Under the pieces are notes generated by a model. It saw nothing but the letters and a program-made list of their open reading frames with translations. It searched no databases and was not told the DNA's origin. A stretch of DNA of 64,000 bases from Amoebidium appalachense (Eukaryota; Protista; Ichthyosporea), in contig CAVNZM010000003.1 in NCBI GenBank assembly GCA_963693365.1, positions 779,506-843,505 on the forward strand. Reading direction: 5' to 3'. Each line of letters starts with the position of its first letter. Positions within the stretch are counted from its first letter, which is position 1. Positions 28,637-64,000 of the stretch are shown piece after piece. Position numbers and translations under genes: made by a program.

Positions 28637-29545
28637 AAATAAATACATTTATCTAGATGTTTGCGAGAAAAAGGTTCTGCACAAAAGTGACACAAACATT
28701 TATGGAAACTAAGGTTACAACGCCAAAATAAACATTTCCAAGCAATATCACACGAAGGGGTTAGAATGGCAAAATCGGCAAGTGTGGTAGGTTTACGAGA
28801 GGAAGGATGAATATAAGTAGCTACTAATTACATAACGATTGTAGAGAAAATAGACGAGTCTCTAATATAAAAAGAAGCACAGGCTCAAGAGTCCTACCAT
28901 GATAATATTTATCACAACGATGAAGTAAAGGATATTGAGTATGAAACCAAGTAACATACTGCTGATAAATTGGGAAAGAGAAAAATAAAGGAGACAAATA
29001 TTTAAAAGGTTATCTCTGAATGGGAGATAGATTGGTACGGGACATTTCGCACGAACATTAGAAATGGGAACAGGGTCTAAAGAAGGAAAGAATTGCAACA
29101 AAGGATGATTTTAAGAAGAAAGCCTAACCAAATGAAAATAAAAGCGAAGGCCTAGCTCATTCACATGCTGACTCGCCGGAGGGAGACCAAAAACACTCAG
29201 CAAAGGAGCCGCCAGAGGATGCCTACGCGAGGTCCGAGAGATGAACTGGATGAATTCACGCTGAAAGGAATCGAATTCCCGAAGCGCCGCGCGCTGTTGC
29301 CGTGGAGGGGCACACAAGAGTAACGGGAGGCCATATTCGAAACATGGACGAAGAAAAACTTTATAAAGAGTAAGCAGATTAGCAGGATGGACATTAGAAA
29401 TACTTGCGAAAATGCCTTGATAGATATCGATGTGTAAACGACCACGCGCACGGGCCCGGGACTCGCGCAAAGTCAAAAGGCGCCCAAAGCAAATACCCTT
29501 ACATAGAGGTGAAAGGAAAATATAAATAGCCATAGGAGGACACAA
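28637..29545 (-). mobile_element. LINE fragment (post-RT region and 3' part), degenerate
   Basis: LLTLYKVFLRPCFEYGLPLL matches IRLTFIRTFVFPACEYGLPLL of the 30116 ORF; continues into the inverted copy of 23233-23668. Confidence 0.8.
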
Positions 29546-29779
29546 CTGGGATATGAAGACTAGCTTATTTAGATAATCTTGATATTACTTCTACTGACTA
29601 TCTGTTAAACCACCGTATGTTTAACGAGTTTTCTAGGGTGTATGATTATTTGAGTCGTTATCCCCTCCGTATCCGTGAGTAGGGGTTTTTGTATTTTCTT
29701 CTCTGAGATATCTGTGATATCTCCGGCTTGCTTCTCTTTCATGAGCATATCAATAAAGTCATTATAAAAAAAAAAATTT

Positions 29780-29875
29780 ACTTGTTACTGTATAACTCGT
29801 TAAGTTTTTTTTTGCTCAGTATGCCGTGCATACTGACATATCTTTCCGTCTAATAAATCCAGTCAAAAGAAAGTT
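29780..29875 (-). mobile_element. Short LINE 3'-terminal fragment
   Basis: Reverse complement matches 23695-23806 (tttgactggatttatt.gacggaaagatatg..agtatgcacggcatactgag...cgagttat.cagtaacaagt). Confidence 0.65.
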
Positions 29876-30099
29876 AGACACATATGCGATACGCCCCACG
29901 CTCACACGTAATAAGATTCCATAAACTGCATACCACGCACTCACTACCCGACCCTGTTTTCAGTACGGGAGGCAATGTAAGGCGCTCCGTTTTCGTCATT
30001 CGTTTAGTTTGGCTCTGACTGTCGGGATAGCACCAAACGATAATCAGGAAGGCAACAACACACCAATACAGCTAGTGGGTGACAAATTTCACTGGCACA

Positions 30100-31581
30100 G
30101 GACCTGTTAAGAGCTGTGGTTAATGGGCATCTTTCATATGGTTTTGCTCGTACTAGAGGTCTCTTGCAGGGCTCATTGCTTAGCCCCTTTTTGTTTAACC
30201 TATTTATAGATGATTTGGCTGTCAAGATTTACGCCGAAAACGATGACCCTATTAATAACTTTCCGCCTGCACTTCTCTATGCTGATGATCTGTCCCTCCT
30301 TGCCCGTACCCCTAGACGCCTGCAAAGATTGTTCGATGTAGTGTCAGAGTGGTGCAAGGCAAACCTTATGATCCTTAACATAGACAAATGTGGTGTTCTT
30401 GTACCTGATATAGCTAACAATTTACACACATTTACATTATCATCTAAACCTGTACCTATAGTTCCAGAATACAAATATCTTGGTGTTCCGGTTGATTCTG
30501 TTGGTGTTATGTTTCCCCATATGGTCGAAAAGAGGGTAGAGTTGGCTCGTAAGCGGTTAGCTTTCTTCTCGGCTAATATTTTTAAAGACACACCCCTCCA
30601 TCCTTCTATTAGACTTACATTTATTCGCACTTTTGTCTTCCCGGCATGTGAATATGGTTTACCCCTTCTCGCCGCTTGGATCAAGAAAGAGAGAACTAGA
30701 GCGCTTAAACCCTTGGCAAATTTCCTTGAAGCAGAAGTTGCCTCCTTTCTATCTAACAACTGTTGTAAACCTGGGCCTGTAACGCTCTCGATATATGGTC
30801 TGGTCCCAATAGCTGCTAGAGTATCCTATCTCGCGCTGAAATTCAATAAGCACATAAGCCGCTTAAAGAAGTATTTGCCCTCCCACCCTCTCTTCTCTAT
30901 CCGACCTGTCCCCTCCTCACCTCTCCCCTCTTTCCTCCCCTCTCTCTCCCCTTCTCCCCTGGGCACAAATACAAATAAACCCCGCAATAGTGTGTGTGTG
31001 ACTTTGGACTGCCACTTACTTATTAAACATGTACACAATCACAAGATAATCACGCAATATAACAAATGGAAAAAGATACCAAACGACACTAGACCCGATG
31101 AAAGCATACACCTTGAAAAACTAAGCCTTATGTCTCGTTTTATATATACTGACCGCCTCAACCATATTGCCAAATATGGCACTCGCAAGTGTATAACACC
31201 TAAATACATATTACCTTCCTGTAGAACTGGTCTTTCTCTAGCTGATGGTATTATTGATCAATTACCACGCTTTTACTGTACACGTGCTATACAGTGGAGA
31301 TCTAATAAGTATAAGGTGGCATCATTTGCATGCCCAAACAACACACACACACACCAGTTTAACCGGTCATGTATCGCCAAATGTAGTTTGATAGACCACA
31401 TAATACCGCAACACACACACGTCACATTCACAACAGACACCCAGAAAGATAGCCTACCTGTAAATTACAACATCCTTGATTTTATACTAAACACGCGTAA
31501 CTACGACCTGTTTATTAGATGTATTGATTGGCTTGAGAAACACATCACTACAAAATTATAGCGCACGCGCACACACACACA

Positions 31582-31634
<53 letters not shown>

Positions 31635-31666
31635 CCAGCTGATACCGAGTGTCCCGAGGGGAGCCC

Positions 31667-31726
<60 letters not shown>
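30100..31726 (+). mobile_element. 5'-truncated LINE with (CA)n 3' UTR and poly(A) tail
   Basis: RT ORF, then (CA)n at 31570-31633 and a ~55-nt A tract at 31671-31726; no TSD found. Confidence 0.8.
30116..31561 (+). CDS. Non-LTR retrotransposon RT ORF, 5'-truncated, otherwise open
   Basis: RT domains 4-7: RGLLQGSLLSPFLFNLFIDDL, LLYADDL, NIDKC, YKYLGV; C-terminal Cys/His region. Confidence 0.92.
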   Translation: MVNGHLSYGFARTRGLLQGSLLSPFLFNLFIDDLAVKIYAENDDPINNFPPALLYADDLSLLARTPRRLQRLFDVVSEWCKANLMILNIDKCGVLVPDIANNLHTFTLSSKPVPIVPEYKYLGVPVDSVGVMFPHMVEKRVELARKRLAFFSANIFKDTPLHPSIRLTFIRTFVFPACEYGLPLLAAWIKKERTRALKPLANFLEAEVASFLSNNCCKPGPVTLSIYGLVPIAARVSYLALKFNKHISRLKKYLPSHPLFSIRPVPSSPLPSFLPSLSPSPLGTNTNKPRNSVCVTLDCHLLIKHVHNHKIITQYNKWKKIPNDTRPDESIHLEKLSLMSRFIYTDRLNHIAKYGTRKCITPKYILPSCRTGLSLADGIIDQLPRFYCTRAIQWRSNKYKVASFACPNNTHTHQFNRSCIAKCSLIDHIIPQHTHVTFTTDTQKDSLPVNYNILDFILNTRNYDLFIRCIDWLEKHITTKL

Positions 31727-31727
<1 letters not shown>

Positions 31728-32023
31728 GGGGAACCCCAACTAATTGATTTCTCCTTGTAGTCTTTATGGTGTCTCGTAGAGAAAGTAAACCCTGATATAT
31801 AGTCACCACCCGACATCTATGTACGTGATCATGATATACCGCTGAGGGGATATTCCGAGCAAAACCCCCCCCCCCATACCTGAGACTGGTTCTCTTTGCC
31901 TCGAGTAAACAGCGTAAACCCCCATTATAACTACTACAAAAAACGCCAGCAAACTCAACATTAAAGCCTTATAGGGAGACAGTTTAACGGTTACAATTTT
32001 AATACCCGCGCGGCGCTGGCAAC

Positions 32024-56448
<24,425 letters not shown>

Positions 56449-57749
56449 AAAACTTCGGTGCCATTTCAGGCTTTCACAAATACTGAGAGTGACGCTAGAC
56501 TTGCCTATTGAACTTGCTCCCCGGCCATAAGCATGGTTGAAGCTAAAGTGGGCTCTAACTCCTTCTAGTGCGCTAGCATGCTGCCCACTCTAGCATGTGC
56601 ATAGTGATGTTGCTCTGTTTTCGTAAGAATGAGTTATGTGACAGATTTGCAGCTATAGTAGTCATGTTATATATCATTTATGTGATTTCATTGTCGTAGT
56701 CAATATTCCTTTTTTTTTTCTTAGTTATAATTTATGTTAGGATGAATTACGCCGAAGAACATCAAAAGATGCCTGCTGTCTGTACACCGTAAATTATGTA
56801 GCCAGCATTCATGCAGTGAGTGAAAAATTTATGTCTAATTACTTTATCTCGCTTGCCGTTTTCCCTTTCTGAGACAATAAGTTTTTTACTGCACGGCATT
56901 AAGCATATCGGGCGCTCAATAAAACCCATCCATATACATGCCATGACAATGCGATTGCACACACGTGTGTATGGTGGGGTTTCAAATCCGACGCGGGGTT
57001 ATCCTTGTGGGCACCTATAGTGGATAATCAACCCCTCCCCCCCCCCCCCCCCCCCCCCTCCTCCTCCCCTCCTCCCCTTTGCCCCATGCAAGTACAAAGG
57101 GAAAAAAATCACAGACACACGTACACCTGTAGCTCCACCAACAAGAGGAGAAAAGGCCGAAGAGAAATGAAAGAAACGAAACGAGACATGGGTAATCTTC
57201 CCACCGACAGCGGCCGGTCCGGGCCCCCGGGGGGGGGGGGGGGGGGGGGGGGGGGACCCGGGTACTGTTCATGATTGAGCGGGCCCCGGGCCCCTGGGGA
57301 TGTGGTCTGTAATTCATACCGCGTATGTGCCCCTTCCCCCCCCCCCCCCCCCCCCCCCCAACTCGCAGCCGCCCTTGAACCCCCCCCCCCCTCCCCCCCC
57401 AAAAAAAAAAAAAAAAAAAAAAAACACACGCACCCCCCCCCACCAACCCACCCCCCCACCCCCACCGGCTTCCTCCCATCTTTACGCAAGCGACATATTA
57501 CACACTTCCCTCTGAGTGGATGTCTTCCCCGAGGGGTGGGGGGGGAGAGGGTGCCTTTGGGGTTTTCATTTGTAGGGGATAAGGGGAAAGGGGGAAGGGA
57601 GGACATGTACATGCCTTAAAGCTTTAGTTCTCATTTATAGACTGTGAGCGAAACACGGGGGGGGGGGGGGGGGGGGGGGGGGGAAGGGGGAGTATGATCC
57701 AGTTGGTTTTTATCCAAGATTCAATCATCCATTGGAGAAGAAATTTGGG

Positions 57750-58565
57750 CGATTTCATGCCTGTGTTTGGTCAATGCTGTACCCTTTTTTTTTTTATTGG
57801 TTTGCATGTACCAAGCATCTCCTATAACCACCAATCAAAACAGGTCTGGAGGTAAGGCGGCGGCTGGGGGCAAGGCTACAGCAAATAAATTTTCGGCTAT
57901 GGCCAAAAGGATTGCAAAGAGCCAATCAAAAAAGAACAAGTAGGAGTGAGGGTAAGGGATATATACGTGGAAATAGCAGCTGTGCAGATAACCGGTGCAT
58001 ATCTCATCAGACAATCTTGGGGGATCTTCTGACATGCATCATATGGTCTAGGCATATGACAAGGATAGCAAGCAATACCGTAGGCTGTGACCCCAAAAGG
58101 AGCCCCCCCCCCCCCCCCTGGCTTTTTCCCCATCTCTTCTTCTGACTGGGAATTCTGCTGAGCAGGCGCAATTAGTCAACCCCCCACGACATCAACATGA
58201 TTAACATTACACCAGGTAGGTGGACAAACACAGGATATGAACAAAGTGAAAAACATGGAAAGTTAGTCAACTCGAACACACACATAAACTCGGTTGTACT
58301 GTTGTTGGTGTTGTTTCTTTTACCTTCTGCTCCAAGTTAAACCACCTAATTGTGTCATCATAACTGCGGCATTTGATTGGTTGTACATACATCCATGCTT
58401 CAAATGACACCCTTCAATATCCGTGCCTTCTAAAGAAATCCATGGCATACGAAAAAAAAAAACAAAAAAAAAAAAAAATTTATGTGGCACGCCTGATTCA
58501 GACGATGCCCTTCAAGCAAGGAATTTTGCTCCATTTCTCAAATTCATATAACCATTGCCGCAAAT
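57750..58565 (+). other. Diverged duplicate of the POGLUT-like last intron end, last exon (57844-57943) and 3' UTR
   Basis: Homologous to 21040-21850. The exon copy is also 100 nt and reads SGGKAAAGGKATANKFSAMAKRIAKSQSKKNK-stop (25/32 identical), with acceptor ccaatcaaaacag retained. Confidence 0.85.
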
Positions 58566-58967
58566 CCTCTTCCACCCACCACAGGCTGTTTTCGTTAGTA
58601 CTATCAAATACTACTACAGTAAACTATGAGTTATTGCACATGCACGTGCTCGAGCGTGCACCTTGCAAAATGTTCATTTGCGTGCCTGTGTGGCGGCCCG
58701 GACATGTATGTATGTGTGTGTGGGGTGGGTGAGTAGTTTGTATCCAGAGTCTGCATGTTCATGTCTTGCCGTGGTGCACATCGCTGGTTTGTGCGCCATG
58801 TGTGCGCTGGTTGTACATATGGCAGCATGTGTGTGAAGGTACGTGTGAAAGTGTGTGCGTGTGTGCACGGGCGGTGGGGGAGACTGGAGACGAATTTCTC
58901 GACTCGGCCCCGCCGGCACCCAAGTTAAATTGAGAGGGAGGGAGGTGAGCGGAAAGAGGGTAGAGGT

Positions 58968-59004
<37 letters not shown>

Positions 59005-59222
59005 CTCCTCGAGCATATGACCGGAAGCCATTAAATTGCAGCCCAGGTAAGTTTCAGGTGATCAACTTGAGAAGTCCTATTATAATCCATTTTCGTTTTG
59101 GGAACCAACTGCAAGTGTTTGTAAACCGATACCCTCTTAGACGAGTGGGCCCATTATTGAATAAGGGATTCTTGAATTTAAAACGGGGAGTGGGTCCGTT
59201 ACCGTAGTAGTTAGTTTTTTTT

Positions 59223-59253
<31 letters not shown>

Positions 59254-59751
59254 GGGGGGATCATCACCCACCCCTCTAGGGGAGGGGGGGGGAGGGGGGG
59301 AGAGGAGGGGGTACCACCCAATACTAGTAGAGGCTGCATCATATGACTATATCAGATTATCATCATAACCATACATATAGTACTATGATTTAGCAGCGGT
59401 TTACATACATTTCCGGATCCAACACGTAAACATGGAGGTTTACTAATGTTAAGCATTTACTCCCCTTCCCCCCCCCTCCTCCCCGCCCCCCCCTCTCGCA
59501 CTCGTCTCGACGAGTCGCCCCACTGCGCGCGCAGTGACACACAAGCATGCACACCGTTTCACACGTATTTACTTTACAAGTACCTGCACAGGCATGTAGC
59601 ACACATGTACACGCACACCAGGCGCACAAACGTTGACCAGCGATGAGCAGATACGCACACGAGCACTGCATGGTTTAATATTACGATACTGTGACCTTGC
59701 CCCCAATAATTCATAAGTTAGAAATAGTTGACCGTCTTGTGTGTGTGTGTA

Positions 59752-59814
<63 letters not shown>

Positions 59815-60292
59815 TGTGTGTGCGCATGTATGTTGTGGGTGTGCGTACCTGCGTGGGCATGTGCATTATAATTGCGTTAATGAGTAGCCTGAGGATGAGG
59901 GAGCGCGGGGGGAGGGGGGGGGGGGGGTGAGGAGGTGGGTGCTGTGGAGGCGGGAGGAGGGCGAGGAGGGGAAGGGGTCGTTAGAAATGTTATACCTAGG
60001 GTGAGGAAGGGGGAGGGGGGGGGGGGGGGGGGGGGGGGGGAGGTGAGTGAGGCCAAGGGACCGTGTGTGTGTGTGTGGGGGGGGGGGGGGGGAGAGAGAG
60101 AGAGAGAGGGGGGGGGGGGGGGGTCGTTAAAAAAATATTATGGAGCATATAGTACACATTTGCCGTGGACAACACAAAGCAGACCTTGCAAATAATATAA
60201 AAGAGTATCTCATATCCGGCAGAAGAAGAGCACCAGCACGAAGGGGTGGGAAATGTGTGCGTGTGTGTGTGCGTGCGTGCGTGCGTGTGTGC

Positions 60293-60328
<36 letters not shown>

Positions 60329-60434
60329 AACTGAGGGGGCCCCGCGCGCGGGGGGGGGGGGGGGGGGGGAGGAATATATGCATCAGTGGCCAAAACGGAA
60401 GCAATTCCTCCCAAAAAAAAAAAAAAAAAAAAAA

Positions 60435-60614
60435 AAAGTAAACGAATATATGTACAACTTTGGTGGGTGGAAAGTAAACGAATATATGTACAACTTTGGT
60501 GGGTGGAAAGTAAACGAATATATGTACAACTTTGGTGGGTGCAAAGTAAACGAATGTATGTACAACTTTGGTGGATGGAAAGTAAACGAATATATGTACA
60601 ACTTTGGTGGGTGG
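60435..60614. repeat. Minisatellite, 36 bp x 5
   Basis: aaagtaaacgaatatatgtacaactttggtgggtgg head to tail, few substitutions, no spacers. Confidence 0.95.
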
Positions 60615-60822
60615 AAAAGAGACTCTGGCCACACATCAATGACATCTATGGCAGAATGACATCATTCATGAACATTTCCATACTGTGAATCAAGCAGGGT
60701 GGCGGCCCTGGGTGCGAGCAGCCTTTCGTGATGGGTATGTACAAGTAATACGTAAACCTTCGATACAACTTGTTGGGTGTAGGTTCGTGGGTTTTTAGTG
60801 CCGATCTTCAACGTGGTTGGGA

Positions 60823-61036
60823 TCATGCAACTTGTGCCTGGGCTTCTTTTGGGCTGGTCATTCCTTCTGTACGCGCCTGTGGATACGTGTGTGAATGTGT
60901 GTGTGTGTAAATGGGTGTGCGAAGGTGTGTCTGTGTGCGGGCGTGTGTGTGTGTGTGTGCATGTGTGTGTGCGCGTGCATGTGTGAGTGAATGAGTGTGT
61001 GTGAGTGTGAGTGTGAGTGTGAGTGTGAGTGTGAGT

Positions 61037-61119
<83 letters not shown>

Positions 61120-61169
61120 ACGGTGCGCGTGTGTATGTGTGTGAGTATAAATGTGTGTAATACTGTGTC

Positions 61170-61260
<91 letters not shown>

Positions 61261-61730
61261 AATCTCGTGTGTTCCAAGAAGGGTTAGTAAACCAGACACG
61301 AACTCAAAAACGACCGTCAATAGGAGAGCAAGAGAAAGAAAGAGAGCTCCGCAGTGCACATGTATTTTGCACCTGGCAAAATATTTATACAGCATGCATA
61401 TGGTACAGTAATCCCGACCATGAAACCCGAGACTTACATCAAAGAAAGGACGACGGCAGGCAGACGGGAAAATATGTTTGAGGCAACCGAAACAGAAAAT
61501 TCTCACCACGGGCACCAGGTCTAACCCCCCACCCACCCACCCACCCAAACACCACCACCACCACCATCCACCCAGTTACGCCTTCCCCAATGCAATCTTT
61601 CCACAAAGTCCCAACAGCATCTTGCAACTCTGAAAGTCATTGTCCGATGCAGCAACCATGCTCAAACCGTTGCAACAATCACGATGCAAACACCGCTTGC
61701 CCGGTCTCCTCACCAATCCCTTCAACATGC

Positions 61731-61766
<36 letters not shown>

Positions 61767-62667
61767 GGAGAGAGGGAGGGGGGGGGGGGGGGGGGAAGGG
61801 GGACACCCACCACCTTTGGAGGTGGCCCGTGCTTGTGCCCCTGCTTCCCTTTTTCGTTGCCCCCAAGAAGCTGCTCGAGGTTTCCACCCTGCTCCTGTGG
61901 ATTGGCAAAAAAAAAAAAAAAAAAGATCAACAATCAAGGTTGAACGAAGCCGATCCTACGTGCAACTGTTTGAAACACAAGGGCAAAAAGACCCTTGGCT
62001 AAGAGGTATTGATGTGGAAGGGAAAAAGTCACATACTATCTCCCGCAAATTTTTCACGAGAAAAGCCACCGTGAAGGAATAATCCTGGTAAACTCGGTTG
62101 TACTATGATGGGCATGAGCATCGGATCCGGAGTCGAAGTGAGCAAGAGGTTGGATGGAAATGACGAAGATCAGTGCACGGAGAAACTTGTCTCACAGCTC
62201 TTACAGAAAATTAACCACTTCCGGACAGCCTTGTATGACTGAAAAACAAAATAGCTCAAGACAAGAGCCAACCGCAAACTTTAGAAAAGAGGGACGGAGG
62301 GAGGGGAGATCTAGGGCGACTCACAGAAAGGACGAAAAAAAAAGAAAAGGAAAAAAAAAGGTTGCCCGGACAGAGATTCGAACTCCGGTTACTACGGCCA
62401 CAACGTAGGGTCCTAACCACTAGACGATCCGAGCTATTAACTTTACATGCTCATTAATTTTCATAAATCCTACAACACCACCATCATCAACACTTACCGC
62501 TATTTCATCGGCGGTTTTCAGCGCGCAACGGAACGCGGCGAACTGGTGGGGGTGTACGCTCACGGCGGTGTTGTGTGTAAGCTCAAAGGGGTCCTGCACA
62601 CACAGCGGACTGCGCAACTGCATCACGTGTACGTGTTGATAAACAATCATACCGTTCGGGTTACCCC

Positions 62668-62700
<33 letters not shown>

Positions 62701-62776
62701 TTCCCGTCCCCCCCCTCCTCCTCCTGCCGGAGGATATGTCCAGATAGTGTTTGTGTGTATGCATGCATGTGTGTGT

Positions 62777-62860
<84 letters not shown>

Positions 62861-63651
62861 TTTTGGGGGGGGGGGGGGGGGGGGGGGTGGAGTCCTGGCT
62901 GAGGAATATACAGAGGAAAGCCCCGGAGAGGGGGGAGGGGGGAGGGGGGGGGGGGGGGAATGATGTATGTGCTAGAGGGTTGGAAATATGGAGGAGACAA
63001 GAAAGAGGAACAACAAAACGTAACAAACGTGGGAAATCCAAAATCCAACAATTAAGTGTGCAGGCAGGAAACACTTGAACAGAGCCCATCATCAGGGGGG
63101 TTCCTATGCCTCCACAAAAGCATGGGTTTCGACTCTTTAACCTCTCGCGCGTGGTTCCCAGCCCATACTTTGTTTCAACAGCAATAGGCGAGTCCACCCG
63201 TCTTGGCCAAAAACGAGCAGGGTTGTTCAAGGAGCAGCAATCTAAGAAAACAGAGTCTACAAAAACTGCAAGCAGCAAAAGCCAAAGAAAACAAGCAGAG
63301 AAGTAGAGCATAGGAGCGAAGGGGAGAACATAGACGGGGAAGATATCTTAGGTACTCAAAGGCTCGATTGGCCAACAGTTCAATTTTTCCAAGATAGGTT
63401 GGGGAGAAAACATGGGAACCACACTCGAATCATTCATTACGGCCAATAACCCGAACTTGTTTTATCCGGCCGTGCTTTTCATCTTCTTAGAACCCCCCCC
63501 CCCCCTTTTTTTTTTCGGTAATCAATTGCTGCCGCATTCAGCATATCGGCAGCAAGAGGAGCAAATAAGGTGCCACAAAAGAGACATATGGGTGTGATAG
63601 GGTGTGGCATGTGGGGGTGAGGGGGAGGAGAAGGAAGGGGGGGGGGGGGGG

Positions 63652-63686
<35 letters not shown>

Positions 63687-63974
63687 GGGGAGAGAGAGAG
63701 TTGTGTGTGTGAAAGAGAGAGAGAGAGAGAGAGAGCTCAAGACAGTAAAAGTAGAGAAAGAAGAGGGGGGGGGGGGGGGGGGGGGGGATGAGCCTACCTT
63801 CATCTTGCCAGGGATATCCATAGTTCCAAGATTTGCAGGGTTCTGTGCAGGCTGGTAGGGCACATAGTAGTCTGCAGTATGCGTACCCGGGTTGATGTGC
63901 ACATAGGTGGTGTAGTCGAACTCACTGTTGTAGAAGTGAAAGAACCCACGTAGAATATCACCTGGCCCTACGAC
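60823..63974 (-). CDS. Cid1/TUT-family terminal nucleotidyltransferase, 3' exons (PAP-associated domain); gene starts beyond the window
   Basis: Exon ~63974-63798 VVGPGDILRGFFHFYNSEFDYTTYVHIN; exon ~62723-62498 SPLCVQDPFELTHNTAVSV..FRCALKTADEIA|gtaagt; exon 61894-61814 EQGGNLEQLLGG..; probable last exon 60876-60823. GFFxFY..FDY and QDPF..HN are PAP_assoc hallmarks. One junction crosses a poly-G run of uncertain length. Confidence 0.8.
62363..62434 (-). tRNA. tRNA-His(GUG)
   Basis: GCTCGGA-TC-GTCTAGTGGTTAGGAC-C-CTACG-TTGTGGC-CGTAG-TAAC-CGGAG-TTCGAAT-CTCTG-TCCGGGC-A: 72-nt cloverleaf followed by an oligo-T Pol III terminator. Confidence 0.96.
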
Positions 63975-64000
63975 CTGCATGGGATAAATTAGGAACAGAC

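Noticed and set aside
23233-29064. 430-bp inverted repeats as TIRs of a large DNA transposon or DIRS ITRs
   Set aside because: Both arms are LINE coding remnants, and the YR element has its own split direct repeats inside them.
57844-57943. KKNK exon as the last exon of the PAN gene
   Set aside because: It needs a phase-2 donor, PAN donors are all phase 1, and no intervening TM exon was found.
60435-60614. 36-bp repeats as a CRISPR array
   Set aside because: Head-to-tail with no spacers, no cas genes, eukaryotic context.
61576-61629. Alternative last exon of the TUTase (SCKMLLGL..-stop)
   Set aside because: Possible but unsupported; the acceptor at 60877 better fits this genome's intron pattern. 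Needs cDNA.
62661-63311. 216-aa minus-strand ORF as an independent signal-peptide gene
   Set aside because: It lies in a TUTase intron, overlaps a dispersed repeat and microsatellites, and has no phase-compatible splice sites or recognisable motif.

Overview
Eukaryotic, intron-rich DNA full of (CA)n/(GT)n/(CT)n and poly-C/G tracts; it looks like a unicellular opisthokont or holozoan, but the taxon cannot be proven here. Most ORFs in the supplied track are microsatellite artefacts. Manual splice reconstruction gives four genes: (1) a short Ser/Thr/Pro-rich gene on the minus strand; (2) an 18-exon POGLUT2/3 (KDELC)-like GT90 glycosyltransferase (5850-21226, ~602 aa) ending in a TM helix plus KKxx instead of KDEL; (3) a 24-exon secreted protein (32024-56448, ~1670 aa) with 21 six-Cys PAN/apple-like modules arranged as 5x(A-B-C-D), a Thr-rich stalk and one more module, all joined by phase-1 introns; (4) the 3' part of a Cid1/TUT-family nucleotidyltransferase with an intronic tRNA-His. 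A retroelement nest (23.2-31.7 kb) holds an Ngaro-type tyrosine-recombinase retrotransposon inserted among several LINE 3' fragments. Introns of the PAN gene hold a mitochondrial LSU rRNA NUMT, a copia-primed TRIM and a MITE. A frame-intact second copy of the glycosyltransferase last exon lies beyond the PAN gene. The lead hypothesis, which is inference only, is a linked enzyme-substrate pair: the PAN D modules carry T-T-G-S-F-x-C, resembling the POGLUT2/3 acceptor consensus.
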